Positions 49,571-61,530 are shown, counted from the first letter of the stretch. The stretch: DNA of 64,000 nucleotides from an uncultured Candidatus Actinomarinales bacterium (GCA_943789065.1 CALSSQ010000001.1:651827-715826); one strand, 5' to 3'. Notes: generated from the letters alone by a model not told the origin. Made by a program: numbers and translations.

Positions 49571-51309
49571 AGATAGTTAAACATTCCTTTGATGGAATAA
49601 TTGTTGGAGCTGGTGGAGCAGGTCTTAGAGCTGCTATTGAAGCAGCGCCAACAATGAAACTTGCAGTAATCACCAAACTCTACCCTACAAGATCTCATAC
49701 TGGTGCAGCTCAAGGTGGAATGAGTGCAGCCTTAGCAAATGTAGAAGAAGATAATTGGAATTGGCATGCTTTTGACACAGTAAAGGGGTCTGATTATTTA
49801 GCAGACCAACCAGCTGTAGATATTTTATGTAAAGAAGCTATTGATGCAGTTGTTGAATTGGAACATTGGGGACTCCCGTTCAGTAGATTAGAAAGCGGAA
49901 AGATTGCTCAAAGAAGATTTGGTGGTCACACAGTGAAAGAAGGCGCTGCACCTGCATTTAGGGCATGTTATGCAGCTGACAGGACCGGGCATATGATCCT
50001 CCAAACTTTGTATCAGAAATGCGTGTCTATGGGTGTCGAGTTTTTTGATGAATTTCAAGTTTTAGATATAAAAATTGAAGACGGTGTTTGTAAAGGTGTA
50101 GTGGCATATGAAATCGCAACTGGTGATCTACATGTTTTTGAAGCAAGAGCAGTAACATTTGCAACCGGTGGATTTGGTAAGATTTTCAAAGTCAGCTCAA
50201 ATGCACACTCTCTCACTGGAGATGGACCTGGCATGCTGTATCAGAAAGGTATTCCTCTTGAAGATATGGAATTTTATCAATTTCATCCGACAGGAATCTA
50301 CAGACTTGGAATACTCCTATCTGAAGCTGCTAGAGGTGAAGGAGGCATTCTTCGAAACAAGGATGGTGAAAGATTTATGGAAAGATATGCACCTTCTATT
50401 AAAGATTTAGCACCAAGAGATATGGTTTCAAGAGCAATAGCAACTGAGATAAGTGCAGGCAACGGTGCAGGTCCTAATAATGACTATGTATTCCTCGACT
50501 TAACCCACTTAGGTGAGGAAGCTATTATGAAAAAACTTCCTGATATAACAGACTTTGTTAGAACGTATGTAAAGATAGAACCAATAAATGACCCTATTCC
50601 AGTTCAACCAACAGCTCACTATGCAATGGGAGGTATCCCTACTGATGTTAATGGTAGAGTTCTTAGTGATCATAAAGGAGGCGTCATTGAGGGAGTCTAT
50701 GCAGCAGGTGAAGCTGCCTGTGTTAGTGTTCATGGAGCAAATCGTTTAGGGACTAACTCTTTATTAGATATTGTTGTTTTTGGAAAAAGAGCTGGACAAA
50801 GTATGGTTGATTACGTATCTAGCACTAAGGCCTCCCCTCTTAATGAATCAGCTGCAGATGATTTATCGAACAAAATTTCTGGGTTTATGGAAAAAGAACA
50901 TACTACAGAATTTTCAGTAGCAAAAATTCGATCAGAACTACAAGATTCAATGGAAGAAAATGCTAAAATTTTCAGGTCTAAAGAGACATTAGATAATCAA
51001 ACAGAAATTCTCTCTGACCTAAGAGAAAGATACAAAAATGTTACTATTTCAGACAAGAGCAAGGTATTCAACAGTGAACTCCTTGAAGCAATTGAGCTTG
51101 ATTACTTACTAGATATGGCAGATACAACTGTAGCTAGTGCTTTAGCAAGAAAAGAATCAAGAGGGGCTCATTCACGAGAAGATTATCCAGATAGAGATGA
51201 CACAAAGTTTATGAAACACTCGTTTGCATTTAAAAATGGTGATTCTGTAAAACTAGAATATAAAGATGTTGAACTTGGAAAGTATGAACCAATGGAAAGA
51301 AAATACTAA
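49567..51309 (+). CDS. sdhA: succinate dehydrogenase flavoprotein
   Basis: GAGGAG, RSHTGAAQGG, QFHPTG, HYAMGG, HGANRLG. Confidence 0.97.
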   Translation: MKIVKHSFDGIIVGAGGAGLRAAIEAAPTMKLAVITKLYPTRSHTGAAQGGMSAALANVEEDNWNWHAFDTVKGSDYLADQPAVDILCKEAIDAVVELEHWGLPFSRLESGKIAQRRFGGHTVKEGAAPAFRACYAADRTGHMILQTLYQKCVSMGVEFFDEFQVLDIKIEDGVCKGVVAYEIATGDLHVFEARAVTFATGGFGKIFKVSSNAHSLTGDGPGMLYQKGIPLEDMEFYQFHPTGIYRLGILLSEAARGEGGILRNKDGERFMERYAPSIKDLAPRDMVSRAIATEISAGNGAGPNNDYVFLDLTHLGEEAIMKKLPDITDFVRTYVKIEPINDPIPVQPTAHYAMGGIPTDVNGRVLSDHKGGVIEGVYAAGEAACVSVHGANRLGTNSLLDIVVFGKRAGQSMVDYVSSTKASPLNESAADDLSNKISGFMEKEHTTEFSVAKIRSELQDSMEENAKIFRSKETLDNQTEILSDLRERYKNVTISDKSKVFNSELLEAIELDYLLDMADTTVASALARKESRGAHSREDYPDRDDTKFMKHSFAFKNGDSVKLEYKDVELGKYEPMERKY

Positions 51310-52004
51310 TGGAAATTGATTTAAAAATATTAAGATATGACCCCGAGAATGATAAAAAGGGACATTGGGAATATTACAAAGTTGATGCTGAACCAGAGGA
51401 AAGAATCCTTGATTTACTCCACAAAATAAAATGGTTTGAAGATGGATCGCTGTCATTCAGAAAGTCTTGTGCTCATGGCGTATGTGGTTCGGATGCAATG
51501 GTAGTAAATGGTGAAAACATGCTTGCCTGTCAAGTATTAGTAAAGGAAGTAAGCAATCCGATTAAAATCGAACCGATAAGGGGCCTACCAGTATTAAAAG
51601 ATTTAATAGTAGATATGGAACCATTTTTTGATAGTTACAAAAAGGTTATGCCATTTTTAATTAATGATGATGAACCCGGAGATAGAGAAAGACTTCAATC
51701 ACCTGAAGATAGAGATAAATTTGAAGATACAACAAAATGCATTCTCTGTGCTGCTTGTACTACAAGCTGTCCTGTCTTTTGGACTGCTGACTCATACATT
51801 GGTCCAGCGGCAATTGTTAATGCTCATAGATTTGTAATGGACTCAAGAGACCAGGGATCTAAACAAAGACTAGAAATCATGAAAGATGTCAACGGGGCAT
51901 TTAGATGCCGTACCGCTTTTAACTGTACAAGTGCATGTCCAAGGGGAATACAAGTAACAAAAGCAATTGAAGATGTTAAAAGAGAAACTCTACTAAATAA
52001 TTGA
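51309..52004 (+). CDS. sdhB: succinate dehydrogenase iron-sulfur subunit
   Basis: SCAHGVCGSD, CILCAACTTSCP, C.....C...CP. Confidence 0.97.
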   Translation: MEIDLKILRYDPENDKKGHWEYYKVDAEPEERILDLLHKIKWFEDGSLSFRKSCAHGVCGSDAMVVNGENMLACQVLVKEVSNPIKIEPIRGLPVLKDLIVDMEPFFDSYKKVMPFLINDDEPGDRERLQSPEDRDKFEDTTKCILCAACTTSCPVFWTADSYIGPAAIVNAHRFVMDSRDQGSKQRLEIMKDVNGAFRCRTAFNCTSACPRGIQVTKAIEDVKRETLLNN

Positions 52005-52291
52005 ACAAAGAAATAATAAACTATCTCGAAATTATTACACAAAATTTAAACTTAAATAAAAAAGAAAATCTAAACAAAATATATCTACAAATAACGTCTC
52101 AAGATAATGTTTGGAGTATAAATTTAGGGACTCTAGAAGAGAACACAAATTTAGAAAATAATGTAGATAACTTAACAATAAAAATGGAAGAATCAACTTT
52201 CTTTGAGCTTAGGGATAATATAAAGCATCCAGAAGACTTGATGTTCGATGAAAAAATTAAAATTAAGGGTAACTTAGATTTACTTAAATAA
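52001..52291 (+). CDS. small SCP2-like domain protein
   Basis: W.I.L, D.TI.M....F, ...KIKIKGNL pattern resembles the SCP2 sterol-carrier fold; overlaps the sdhB stop. Confidence 0.5.
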   Translation: MNKEIINYLEIITQNLNLNKKENLNKIYLQITSQDNVWSINLGTLEENTNLENNVDNLTIKMEESTFFELRDNIKHPEDLMFDEKIKIKGNLDLLK

Positions 52292-52295
52292 AAAA

Positions 52296-52320
52296 GAAAA
52301 GACGGCTAAGCCGTCTTTTC
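52296..52320. terminator. bidirectional intrinsic terminator between the sdh operon and hup
   Basis: GAAAAGACGGC-TAA-GCCGTCTTTTC perfect inverted repeat flanked by A/T runs, between convergent genes. Confidence 0.88.
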
Positions 52321-52339
52321 AATAAGGTTTTAAGATGTC

Positions 52340-52612
52340 TTAGTTTAGACTATCTTTTAATCCTTTTGCAGCCTTAAATGCTGGTGCATTTTTAGCAGCT
52401 ATTTGGATTGTTTCACCTGTCGCAGGATTTCTCCCTTGTCTTGCAGCCCTGTATCTTGATTCAAACTGTCCGAAACCAGCAATACTTACTTTGTCGCCAT
52501 TTTTCATTCCGTTTGTTATTCCGCCAAACACTGCTTCCACAGCTGCTTTAGCGTCTGTCTGTGACAACCCTACTTCTGCTGCTACAACGCTTGCTAATTG
52601 ATCTTTATTCAT
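52340..52612 (-). CDS. hup: DNA-binding protein HU
   Basis: MNKDQL, GFG.F, R.GRNPATGE. Confidence 0.96.
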   Translation of the reverse strand: MNKDQLASVVAAEVGLSQTDAKAAVEAVFGGITNGMKNGDKVSIAGFGQFESRYRAARQGRNPATGETIQIAAKNAPAFKAAKGLKDSLN

Positions 52613-52721
52613 AGCTGTTTTGCCTTTCTTATTGCGTTTTACTATATATTAATTATAGTTTTTTTAAATAAATTATCTTATTATTCAATAATTAATGGCT
52701 TTTTTTATTAAAAGGCTGATT

Positions 52722-53660
52722 TTATTGACTATTTATGCTATTAAGCTCAGAAACCTTATCTTTTACCGCTTTTGAAGCTTCTCTTAATGCATCTAGCTCA
52801 CTTGTGGTTAAGTCATACTCCACAATTTCAGTGACTCCCTCTTTACCAAGTTTTGCAGGGACTCCAAGATAAACATCATTTATTCCATACTCCCCTTCAA
52901 GCCATGCACATACTGGAAAAACTTCATTTGAATCAGAGATTATTGACTTTACCATAGTTGCTGCAGAAGATGCTGGGGCAAAATAAGCACTTCCTGTTTT
53001 GAGAAGCCCGACTATTTCAGCTCCACCTTCCGAAGTTTTTTTCACAAGTTCATCAATATCTTTTTCAGATAAAATATCGACTAGTGGCTCGCCACTAACT
53101 GTGCAAAGAGATGGTACTGGAACCATTGTCTCACCGTGGCTACCTAGTGTTAGAGCATAAACGTCACTCATCTTGACATTTAGTTTTTCAGATATGAAGT
53201 ATGCAAACCTAGAAGAGTCAAGAATACCTGCTTGACCTATAACTCTGCCTTTAGAGAGTTTTGAAACTTCAGCAGTTAGAGTTGTCATCTGATCTAAAGG
53301 ATTTGTAACTACAATTATTATTGGATCTTCGGAATGCTCTAATATTTGTTTAGTAACATCAGTAACAATTCCAGCATTTACTTCTAGTAAGTCCATACGT
53401 GACATGCCCGGTTTTCGAGGCAAACCTGCAGTAATAACAACCACATCACTTTCAGCTGTTTCTTTATAATCATTGGTACCAGAAACCTTTGTATCAAATT
53501 TTTCAACGAATCTTGACTGATTTATGTCTAAAGCAAGCCCCTGGGGTAAGCCCTCAACTATATCTGTCATTACAACTTCGCTTGCTAAATTGTATTCTGC
53601 AACCCGTAATGCGGTCATCGAGCCATATTTACCTGCGCCAACTACTGTAACTTTTTTCAC
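52722..53660 (-). CDS. mdh: malate dehydrogenase (LDH-like)
   Basis: GAG..G, TAGLPRKPGMSR.DL, NPLD, LDSSR, GSHG. Confidence 0.95.
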   Translation of the reverse strand: MKKVTVVGAGKYGSMTALRVAEYNLASEVVMTDIVEGLPQGLALDINQSRFVEKFDTKVSGTNDYKETAESDVVVITAGLPRKPGMSRMDLLEVNAGIVTDVTKQILEHSEDPIIIVVTNPLDQMTTLTAEVSKLSKGRVIGQAGILDSSRFAYFISEKLNVKMSDVYALTLGSHGETMVPVPSLCTVSGEPLVDILSEKDIDELVKKTSEGGAEIVGLLKTGSAYFAPASSAATMVKSIISDSNEVFPVCAWLEGEYGINDVYLGVPAKLGKEGVTEIVEYDLTTSELDALREASKAVKDKVSELNSINSQ

Positions 53661-53678
53661 AACTTCCTTTCGATAATC

Positions 53679-54908
53679 TTATTGTATGTTTCGGACAAGA
53701 GAATCTGCAAATTCAGAGGTTGATAGAATAGTTGCATCTTCTCTTCCTCTTGCAAGATCATAAGTAACATTTCCTTCAAGAATTGACTTTTCCATGCTAG
53801 TAATTATTAAGTCTGCAGCTTCATTCCATCCCATATACCTGAACATCATTTCACCTGATAGAATTAACGAGCCAGGATTTGCTTTATTCATTCCAGCATA
53901 TTTTGGAGCTGTACCATGTGTTGCCTCAAAAACTGCTTTCCCATTTTCATAATTAATATTCCCACCTGGACTTATACCTATTCCCCCTATTTGTGCTGCT
54001 AATGCATCGGAAGCATAGTCTCCGTTTAAGTTGGTAGTTGCAATAACGTCAAATTCTTGGGGTTTAATCAATATCTGCTGTAAGAAAGCATCAGCTATAA
54101 CATCTTGCACCAATATTTTGTCACCTGGATTACCATTTGAATCTTCCCATGAAACGGCAACATCTGAAAATTCTCGCTCTATTAACTCATAGCCCCATTT
54201 TCTGAAAGCTCCTTCTGTAAATTTCATAATGTTGCCTTTATGAACAATAGCAAGATTTTTCTTTCCATTTTCTGCAGCAAAATTGATTGCAGCTCTGATA
54301 AGTCTTTCTGATCCGGTGTTGGAGATTGGCTTTATGCCGATGCCGCTATCTTTTCGAATTTTCCAACCAAATTCATCTTCAAGAAAGCTATTTAATTTTA
54401 AAACTTCATCACTGCCCTCTTCTAATTCTTTACCTGAGTAAACATCTTCTGTATTTTCTCTGAAGAGCACAATATCTACGTCTTGAGGACTTTTCGTTGG
54501 TGTTTCAATCCCCTTAAAGTACTTTATTGGCCTTAAGCATACATAAAGGTCCAGTTCTTGTCTTATTGCAACATTTATTGATCTTATACCTTCTCCAACT
54601 GGAGTTGTTAAAGGACCTTTTATTCCCACTCCATGTTCATCAAAAGTATCTAATGTCTTTTTAGGTAACCATTCTGATACAGTATCGTAAGCTTTTTGCC
54701 CAGCTAAAACTTCAACCCAGTTAATTTTTCTTTCACCGTTGTAAGCTTTTTCTACAACTGCATCAAAAACTGATTGTGATGCTGGCCATATATCTATTCC
54801 AATACCATCACCTTCTATAAATGGAACCGTTGGATTATCTGTATCAAAAGACTCTCTAGTTTTATTAATTGCAATATTTAATTCGCTTCTATTCAAATTT
54901 TCAACCAT
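53679..54908 (-). CDS. icd: NADP-dependent isocitrate dehydrogenase (dimeric type)
   Basis: [46 protein letters not shown]. Confidence 0.96.
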   Translation of the reverse strand: MVENLNRSELNIAINKTRESFDTDNPTVPFIEGDGIGIDIWPASQSVFDAVVEKAYNGERKINWVEVLAGQKAYDTVSEWLPKKTLDTFDEHGVGIKGPLTTPVGEGIRSINVAIRQELDLYVCLRPIKYFKGIETPTKSPQDVDIVLFRENTEDVYSGKELEEGSDEVLKLNSFLEDEFGWKIRKDSGIGIKPISNTGSERLIRAAINFAAENGKKNLAIVHKGNIMKFTEGAFRKWGYELIEREFSDVAVSWEDSNGNPGDKILVQDVIADAFLQQILIKPQEFDVIATTNLNGDYASDALAAQIGGIGISPGGNINYENGKAVFEATHGTAPKYAGMNKANPGSLILSGEMMFRYMGWNEAADLIITSMEKSILEGNVTYDLARGREDATILSTSEFADSLVRNIQ

Positions 54909-55777
54909 TAGATTACTTCCTTTACCGCTTTTCCAATCTTTGTTGGATTGCTAACAACTAATACTCCTGCTTCCTCTAAAGCTTCCATTTTGGCTTTTGC
55001 CGTACCTTTATTACCAGAAACAATTGCTCCCGCATGACCCATTTTTTTACCTGGAGGGGCTGTTACACCTGCAATGTATGAAACTACTGGCTTAGTTATA
55101 TTATTTTTAATATACTCAGCCGCTTCCTCTTCAGCAGTTCCTCCTATTTCACCAATCATTACTATGGCATTTGTTTCTTCATCTTCTTGATATTCTTTAA
55201 GAATATCTATAAATGACATTCCTGGAACTGGATCTCCACCAATTCCAATACATGTTGATTGGCCGATATTTAATTGAGTTAATTCATGTACAGCTTGATA
55301 AGTTAGTGTTCCTGACCTAGATACAACTCCTACGTTTCCAGGAAGTGTAATTTCATGAGGCATAATACCAACGTTTGATTTTCCAGGAGAAATTAAACCA
55401 GGACAATTAGGTCCAAGCAATTTAGATTTAGTGTTGTTTTTAATTAGATTGTACATTTCAGCTTCATCTTTGGCAGGAATTCCTTCCGTTATACAAACAA
55501 TTAACTGACAGTCTGCATAAGCAGCTTCAAGAACAGCATCTTTTGCAAAAGCAGGTGGTACGAAAGTTAGAGCAACATTTGCCCCTGTTTCGTCAATTGC
55601 TTCTTGTACTGTATTAAATATAGGGATTGACTCTACTTGCTCTCCACCTTTGCCAGGACGTGTTCCTGCGACTATCTTTGTTCCATAATCTCTATTTCTG
55701 AGAGCATGGAATTGACCCTCTCTTCCAGTTATTCCTTGAACAACCACCTTTGAATTTTCATCTATGAGTATTGCCAT
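54908..55777 (-). CDS. sucD: succinyl-CoA synthetase alpha subunit
   Basis: [26 protein letters not shown]. Confidence 0.97.
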   Translation of the reverse strand: MAILIDENSKVVVQGITGREGQFHALRNRDYGTKIVAGTRPGKGGEQVESIPIFNTVQEAIDETGANVALTFVPPAFAKDAVLEAAYADCQLIVCITEGIPAKDEAEMYNLIKNNTKSKLLGPNCPGLISPGKSNVGIMPHEITLPGNVGVVSRSGTLTYQAVHELTQLNIGQSTCIGIGGDPVPGMSFIDILKEYQEDEETNAIVMIGEIGGTAEEEAAEYIKNNITKPVVSYIAGVTAPPGKKMGHAGAIVSGNKGTAKAKMEALEEAGVLVVSNPTKIGKAVKEVI

Positions 55778-56910
55778 TATCTATTTCCTTTCACGGATAA
55801 CTCAGCTGCTTCATTCATAGTTTCAGTAATAATTATTTTTTCATTAGGGTTATCTCTGAGAATCTTTAATCCCTCTGTAGCATTTGTTCCATCAAGTCGA
55901 ATCACTATTGGCCATTTAAGATCTTTTCCTTTAGTTGCTTCTACAATTCCTTGCGCAACAAGATCACATCTTGTTATTCCCCCAAATATATTTATAAAAA
56001 CACTGGATACTGAGTCATCTGTTTCAAGAACTTCAAGCGCAGCACTCACAGTTTCTGCTTTTGCCCCACCTCCTATGTCTAGGAAATTAGCAGCACTACC
56101 ACCATATTCAGCTACAACATCAAGAGTTGACATAACAAGTCCTGCCCCATTGCCAATGATGCCTACTGAGCCATCAAGTTTAATAAAATTTAAGCCCTTT
56201 TCTTTAGCAGACTTTTCTGAAGGAGGAATTGGTATATCTTTTTCAATTTGATCAAAGTCTTCGTGCCTATATTTTGCATTCATATCCAATGAAACTTTAG
56301 AATCTAACGCCATTACCCCGCTACTAGTTATTGCTAATGGATTTACCTCTACTAAGTCACAATCACCAGAAATAAATAGTTTAAATAATCTAGTTATTAT
56401 TGCCACTAAATCAGATTCATAATCTAGATTTAACTTGGAGTTAGTTATTGCCTCAATTAACACGGCTTCATCTAATTCTTTAGAGGGATCTATGTGAATC
56501 ATTGTTAGATCGTCTGGATTTTCTTCAGCAACAGCCTCAATATCCATTCCACCCTTTGCGCTTAACATCATTAAATATTTTTTTTCTGACCTATCAAGAG
56601 TAAATGATAAGTAATACTCCTCTTTTATATCAGAAGCCTCCTCAATCAAGATTTTTTCAACAGTGTGGCCTTTGATGTCCATTCCAAGAATTTCATTAGT
56701 GTGCGTAATGAGTTCATCATTATTAGTGGCTAATTTGATACCACCAGCTTTCCCCCTACCCCCAACTTGGACTTGGGCTTTAACAACAACAGGGTAATTT
56801 AAATTGAAACCATGTTCTAAATCTTCAATTTTATTTACAAGAAAAGAATTTGGATGTGCAATATCATAGTTTGCATAAAGTGATTTTCCTTGATATTCAA
56901 ATAAATCCAT
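55777..56910 (-). CDS. sucC: succinyl-CoA synthetase beta subunit
   Basis: [36 protein letters not shown]. Confidence 0.97.
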   Translation of the reverse strand: MDLFEYQGKSLYANYDIAHPNSFLVNKIEDLEHGFNLNYPVVVKAQVQVGGRGKAGGIKLATNNDELITHTNEILGMDIKGHTVEKILIEEASDIKEEYYLSFTLDRSEKKYLMMLSAKGGMDIEAVAEENPDDLTMIHIDPSKELDEAVLIEAITNSKLNLDYESDLVAIITRLFKLFISGDCDLVEVNPLAITSSGVMALDSKVSLDMNAKYRHEDFDQIEKDIPIPPSEKSAKEKGLNFIKLDGSVGIIGNGAGLVMSTLDVVAEYGGSAANFLDIGGGAKAETVSAALEVLETDDSVSSVFINIFGGITRCDLVAQGIVEATKGKDLKWPIVIRLDGTNATEGLKILRDNPNEKIIITETMNEAAELSVKGNR

Positions 56911-56962
56911 AATTTAACTTACAAATTATATATAGTTCATTAATTTATGCATGGTAAGAATT

Positions 56963-59098
56963 TCAATCAAATTTTAACGGGGCCCACTCTATATCTAGAT
57001 ATTTAACACCCCATTCACCACCAAAATTGATAGTAATTTCATTGCCTGAAATTTCTTCAATTAATCCTTTTCCATATTTTTCATGTGTGACAGTATTTCC
57101 TACTTTTCCAATCCCAGGTGAGGTAGCTGAAGTGGTACTAAAATCTTTAACTTTGATTTCTTTAAAAAAGTTTTCTGATTCATCTAAAAATCGACTTTTT
57201 AAATTATACGTAGTACCTCCCCATAGCGTTCTTGTTTGAGAGTAGGTTAAATAAAGTTTTTGCTCAGCACGGGTCATTCCCACATAACATAGTCTTCTTT
57301 CCTCTTGTACTTCAAATTCACTTTCTGATTTTTGACTAGGAAAAATATTTTCTTCCATACCAGTCATAAAAACATATGGAAATTCAAGACCTTTTGCGTT
57401 ATGTAAGGTCATCAACAATACATTATCTTCATCTTCTATACTGTCAGTGTTTGTGAACAAAGCTAGAGATTCTAAATAATCTCTAAGAACTATATAAGGA
57501 TCGTCAACATCTTCTTCGTAAAGGTTTTCAAATTCGAAAGCTGAGTTAATTAGTTCATCAAGATTTTCAATTCTCATTTGGGATTCAAGTGTGCCATCTT
57601 TAATTAGCTGATTTTTGTATCCTGTTAGCTCTAAGGTTTTGATAATTGCTTCTGATGGACCTTTTATTGCGTGGCCTTTTAAATCTATTATTAGGTCTTT
57701 GAATTCTTTAAGCTTATTAAGAATTCGTGCTGACAAGAAATCTAAACTTTCAAAATCATCTAGTGCATTCGAAACTGATAAGTCCTTTGAACTAGAGAAA
57801 TCTCTTAATTTTTGTAAAGTGGATTCCCCTATCCCTCTTTTTGGAACATTGAGGACCCTTTCAAAGGAAACAGTGTCATCAGGATTTACTAAATAATTTA
57901 GATACGAAAGTATATCTTTTATTTCTTTTCTATCATAAAATCTCACATTTCCAACAATTTTATAATTAATGCTATTACGTCTTAACTCTTCTTCAAATAT
58001 TCTTGATTGATTATTTGTTCTATAAAAAATAGCAATTTCCATTTTTTTGTCCTTTTTTAAAATCTCCTGTATTTCAGAGGTAATCCATTTTGCCTCATCT
58101 CTTTCGGAGCTGAATTCTGCTACATTTACATCCATTCCGCTTGAATTGTCAGTCCATAACTTTTTATCCTGTGTTCTTGGATTGTTTGAAATTACTGCAT
58201 TTGCAATATCTAAAATATTTTGAGAAGATCGGTAGTTTTTATCTAAGGTAATAATTTTTGCATTTTGGAAATCTTTTTCAAATTCTTGTATGTTTCTTAT
58301 ATCTGCACCTCTAAATGCATATATGCTTTGATCTGAATCCCCCACTACACACAAATTTTTATGCCTAGAAGATAAAAGTTCTATTAACTTATACTGCACC
58401 AGGTTTGTATCTTGATATTCATCGACCATAATATATTGGAACTTCGATGACCAAAATTTTAATGCTTCTTCATTTGTTTCAAGTAAATCTACTGTTTTAA
58501 TTAGCAAATCATCAAAATCCATTGAATTGGCTAACATTAGTTTCTTTTCATAAGAAGTATAAATTTCAGCAACTTTTACATCAAAAAAAGTTTCAGCAAA
58601 TTCAATTGCTTCCCCTGGACTAGTTCTCATATTTTTTAATCCAGAAATAGCAGCTTGAAATCTTCTAGGTGAATATTGTTTAAGATCCACATTATTTTCT
58701 CTCATACAATTCCTTATCAGTTTTGAGGAATCTGATTGATCATAAATTGTAAAATTATTTTTATATCCAATTAACTGGCCATGTGTGCGTAAAATTTTTA
58801 CACAAGAACTATGAAATGTTGAAATCCATTTAGGTGAAACATCCAAACCCAAGAGCTTACTAATTCTTTCCTTCATTTCGTTTGCTGCTTTGTTAGTGAA
58901 AGTAATTGCTAATATATTTGAGTAGTTTATTGAACAGTTCATGACTAAGTGCGCGTACCTATAGGTTAATACCCTTGTTTTACCCGATCCCGCTCCAGCA
59001 ACTATAAGTAACGGTCCATCTGTATATTCAATTGCTTCTTTTTGCTTTTCGTTAACTAGACTCTTCCACTCTTCTGGAATAGGTAGATTATTAACCAT
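56963..59098 (-). CDS. pcrA: ATP-dependent DNA helicase PcrA/UvrD
   Basis: AGAGSGKT, DEYQDTN, VGDSDQSIY.FRG, LH.AKGLEF, EERRLCYVG.TRA, C-terminal Tudor-like domain. Confidence 0.95.
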   Translation of the reverse strand: MVNNLPIPEEWKSLVNEKQKEAIEYTDGPLLIVAGAGSGKTRVLTYRYAHLVMNCSINYSNILAITFTNKAANEMKERISKLLGLDVSPKWISTFHSSCVKILRTHGQLIGYKNNFTIYDQSDSSKLIRNCMRENNVDLKQYSPRRFQAAISGLKNMRTSPGEAIEFAETFFDVKVAEIYTSYEKKLMLANSMDFDDLLIKTVDLLETNEEALKFWSSKFQYIMVDEYQDTNLVQYKLIELLSSRHKNLCVVGDSDQSIYAFRGADIRNIQEFEKDFQNAKIITLDKNYRSSQNILDIANAVISNNPRTQDKKLWTDNSSGMDVNVAEFSSERDEAKWITSEIQEILKKDKKMEIAIFYRTNNQSRIFEEELRRNSINYKIVGNVRFYDRKEIKDILSYLNYLVNPDDTVSFERVLNVPKRGIGESTLQKLRDFSSSKDLSVSNALDDFESLDFLSARILNKLKEFKDLIIDLKGHAIKGPSEAIIKTLELTGYKNQLIKDGTLESQMRIENLDELINSAFEFENLYEEDVDDPYIVLRDYLESLALFTNTDSIEDEDNVLLMTLHNAKGLEFPYVFMTGMEENIFPSQKSESEFEVQEERRLCYVGMTRAEQKLYLTYSQTRTLWGGTTYNLKSRFLDESENFFKEIKVKDFSTTSATSPGIGKVGNTVTHEKYGKGLIEEISGNEITINFGGEWGVKYLDIEWAPLKFD

Positions 59099-59102
59099 GA
59101 TT

Positions 59103-60074
59103 TCAGAGACCTAGAATATTATTTACTTCTTTTATCGTTACTTCTGCAGAAGTTTGGGCCTCTTGAAGATTGATTTCGACTATTTCCGAAATATTTTCTT
59201 TTTCAAGTTCTGTAAATTTAAGATTAATTGGGTTTAAGTATTCTGCGACACATTCACCAACTGCCATTTTAAATTCTCCATACCGGGAATCTGTAAATGT
59301 TTTTTCGACTTCCTTATGAGACAGCCCATTTATAGAAGCATATATGTCTATGAGATTGCTTATCCCTTTTTTTTCACTTAAATTATATTGAATAATATCG
59401 TCTGAATCTGTAACCGATGATTTAAATTTTTTCATTATTGTATCCTTATCATCATCAAAATAAATTGTGCCATTGATATCATCTGAACTTTTAGACATTT
59501 TACTATCAGGATGTTTCAATGACATTAACCTAGCCCCAGATTTTCCAGAAGATTTTTCAGGTAAAGGAAAAACTACTCCATATTTATTATTAAACCTTTC
59601 AGCGATATTTCTAGTTAACTCCAAGTGTTGCGTTTGATCATCTCCTACGGGTACTTCATTAGCTTTATGAATTAATATATCAGATGCCATAAGCACAGGA
59701 TATGTAAAAATCCCAGCATGACTCCCAAGACTGTCAGCTTTTTCTTTGTATTGTGTCATTCTTTGAAGTTCTCCAACTTGACAAAAACTTGAGAGTATCC
59801 ATGATAAATATGCATGTTGAGGGACACTACTTTGTGCATAAATAATTGAATTATCTAAATTTATACCGGCAGCAATTAGCAACTTAAGAGTCTGTTCAAT
59901 ATTGGATTTCAATTCCTTGGGATCTGGGTGTGTTGTAATGGAATGAAGATCTACAACACAAAAAAAGTTTTTATTTTCTTCATTTGATAGATGGACCCAA
60001 TTTTTTATTGCGCCCAAAAAGTTTCCTAAGTGAACTTTTCCTGTTGGCTGTATGCCAGAAAAAACAGTTTTCAT
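59103..60074 (-). CDS. trpS: tryptophan--tRNA ligase
   Basis: SGIQPTG.VHLGN, YPVLMA.DIL, VPVG.DQ, KMSKS. Confidence 0.97.
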   Translation of the reverse strand: MKTVFSGIQPTGKVHLGNFLGAIKNWVHLSNEENKNFFCVVDLHSITTHPDPKELKSNIEQTLKLLIAAGINLDNSIIYAQSSVPQHAYLSWILSSFCQVGELQRMTQYKEKADSLGSHAGIFTYPVLMASDILIHKANEVPVGDDQTQHLELTRNIAERFNNKYGVVFPLPEKSSGKSGARLMSLKHPDSKMSKSSDDINGTIYFDDDKDTIMKKFKSSVTDSDDIIQYNLSEKKGISNLIDIYASINGLSHKEVEKTFTDSRYGEFKMAVGECVAEYLNPINLKFTELEKENISEIVEINLQEAQTSAEVTIKEVNNILGL

Positions 60075-60114
60075 ATGTGCTATTCTAATGTCTTAAATCA
60101 ATTTGGAGTAGCTT

Positions 60115-61029
60115 ATGAAACCTGAATATACAATGTCTCCATACTCAGGATTAAGGAATATTATATTAATTGGCTCACTATTTGGTTTTCACGGTTTACT
60201 TAATAGAAGTCTACTTATTGATGGTGTGGAAGAAATTTATATTGTCACATCTCGTATCACAATTGTTACACTGATTCTTTTTTTCTACTGCTTTAGGGAA
60301 TTTAAATCTGAAATAAATTTTAATTACCTATTAAGAGGTAGTTGGACCGGCTTTCTTGCGATTTTTATTCCAGGATGGACTTTTATATATGCTTTAAAAA
60401 ATATCTCGTCTGGATTACAAAGTATATTTATTTCAACAATTCCTATGTTTACAGTATTTTGGGTATATTTTTTTTACAAGGAAGAAAAAATTACTAAATT
60501 AAAAGTTTCATCTGTTGCAATAGGTTTACTAGGGTTAATTGCATTATTTTTATCTGGGGTAACAGGACTGTCGGAGGAAGGTAGTCTTTTAATTGGTGGA
60601 TTGTTGGCCTTACTTGGGGTTCAGGGTCTAGCAATAAGTAATATTACAAATAAAAAAGATTCACAAATTATTCCAGCGAAAACTTACCTCTTAACACAGT
60701 GGATTGCTGCAACCCTTATCTCAATAGTATTATTCAATTTCCTTGGTGGAAGAGTGGTACTTTTAACCCAGCTAGAGATTTTGAAGCTTCTTGGTTTAGT
60801 TTTTATAGATATTTTCAACTACTCGTTATTTTTTTACACCATCAAAAGACTTTCCGCTACGTTTACAACTCTTGTTGATTATGTTGTTCCAATTGTTGGA
60901 ATAATAGTTGGGTACATTTTTCTAGACGAAGTTATAAGTAATATATTTTTTGTCACTTTGACAATGATATTTATCTCTCTTTATCTAGCTGTAAAAGATG
61001 AACTCACCAATTCACGCCAAGCCAAGTAA
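60115..61029 (+). CDS. DMT/EamA family transporter
   Basis: About 10 TM helices in two repeats; P.F..F....F.KEK and Y..P.V....G...L.E motifs. Confidence 0.82.
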   Translation: MKPEYTMSPYSGLRNIILIGSLFGFHGLLNRSLLIDGVEEIYIVTSRITIVTLILFFYCFREFKSEINFNYLLRGSWTGFLAIFIPGWTFIYALKNISSGLQSIFISTIPMFTVFWVYFFYKEEKITKLKVSSVAIGLLGLIALFLSGVTGLSEEGSLLIGGLLALLGVQGLAISNITNKKDSQIIPAKTYLLTQWIAATLISIVLFNFLGGRVVLLTQLEILKLLGLVFIDIFNYSLFFYTIKRLSATFTTLVDYVVPIVGIIVGYIFLDEVISNIFFVTLTMIFISLYLAVKDELTNSRQAK

Positions 61030-61527
61030 CTCCCGTGTCATTTTTGCTGTTGCACCCCATAGAGTCTCATTATGGATTTTAAATATCCAATCATTTGGAT
61101 AAATTCCTCTAAACCTCCAGTTTTGTTGATTACTTAATTCATCAATAGAAACGAAAAAAATTTCCTGTACTTCTGACTTGTTGAAGGATTCTGGTTTTTT
61201 ATGCAACCTACATAAAATAGGAAAAACATTGTATTTAAATTCTATTGTGTCGACTGGTTCTAGGACACCAAAGGGTTCAACATCATTTTTTAAAATTAAT
61301 AGCTCTTCGGATGCTTCCCTCACAGCAGTTTCTACAATATTTAAATCTCTTTGTTCTTTTTTTCCTCCAGGAAAAGCAATATGGCCTTTATGGGTTGGCA
61401 TATCATTTGATCTTTTAATAAAAAGAACTTCTTTTTCTTTGTACACTAAAATCGAGACAGCTGCATAAGGCTCCTCGTGTATTTTGTAAGGAAGTTTTAA
61501 ATCTTCATATACGAGGTGTGATTTCAA
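61012..61527 (-). CDS. Nudix hydrolase, CoA pyrophosphatase-like
   Basis: KR...HKGHIAFPGG, Nudix box REASEEL, LWGATA. Confidence 0.88.
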   Translation of the reverse strand: MKSHLVYEDLKLPYKIHEEPYAAVSILVYKEKEVLFIKRSNDMPTHKGHIAFPGGKKEQRDLNIVETAVREASEELLILKNDVEPFGVLEPVDTIEFKYNVFPILCRLHKKPESFNKSEVQEIFFVSIDELSNQQNWRFRGIYPNDWIFKIHNETLWGATAKMTRELLGLA

Positions 61528-61530
61528 TTC

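Noticed and set aside
52695..52720. Weak hairpin GGCTTTTT-TTATT-AAAAGGCT between mdh and hup
   Set aside because: Mostly A-T/G-T pairs with no U-tract on the coding strand; not supportable as a terminator or RNA element.
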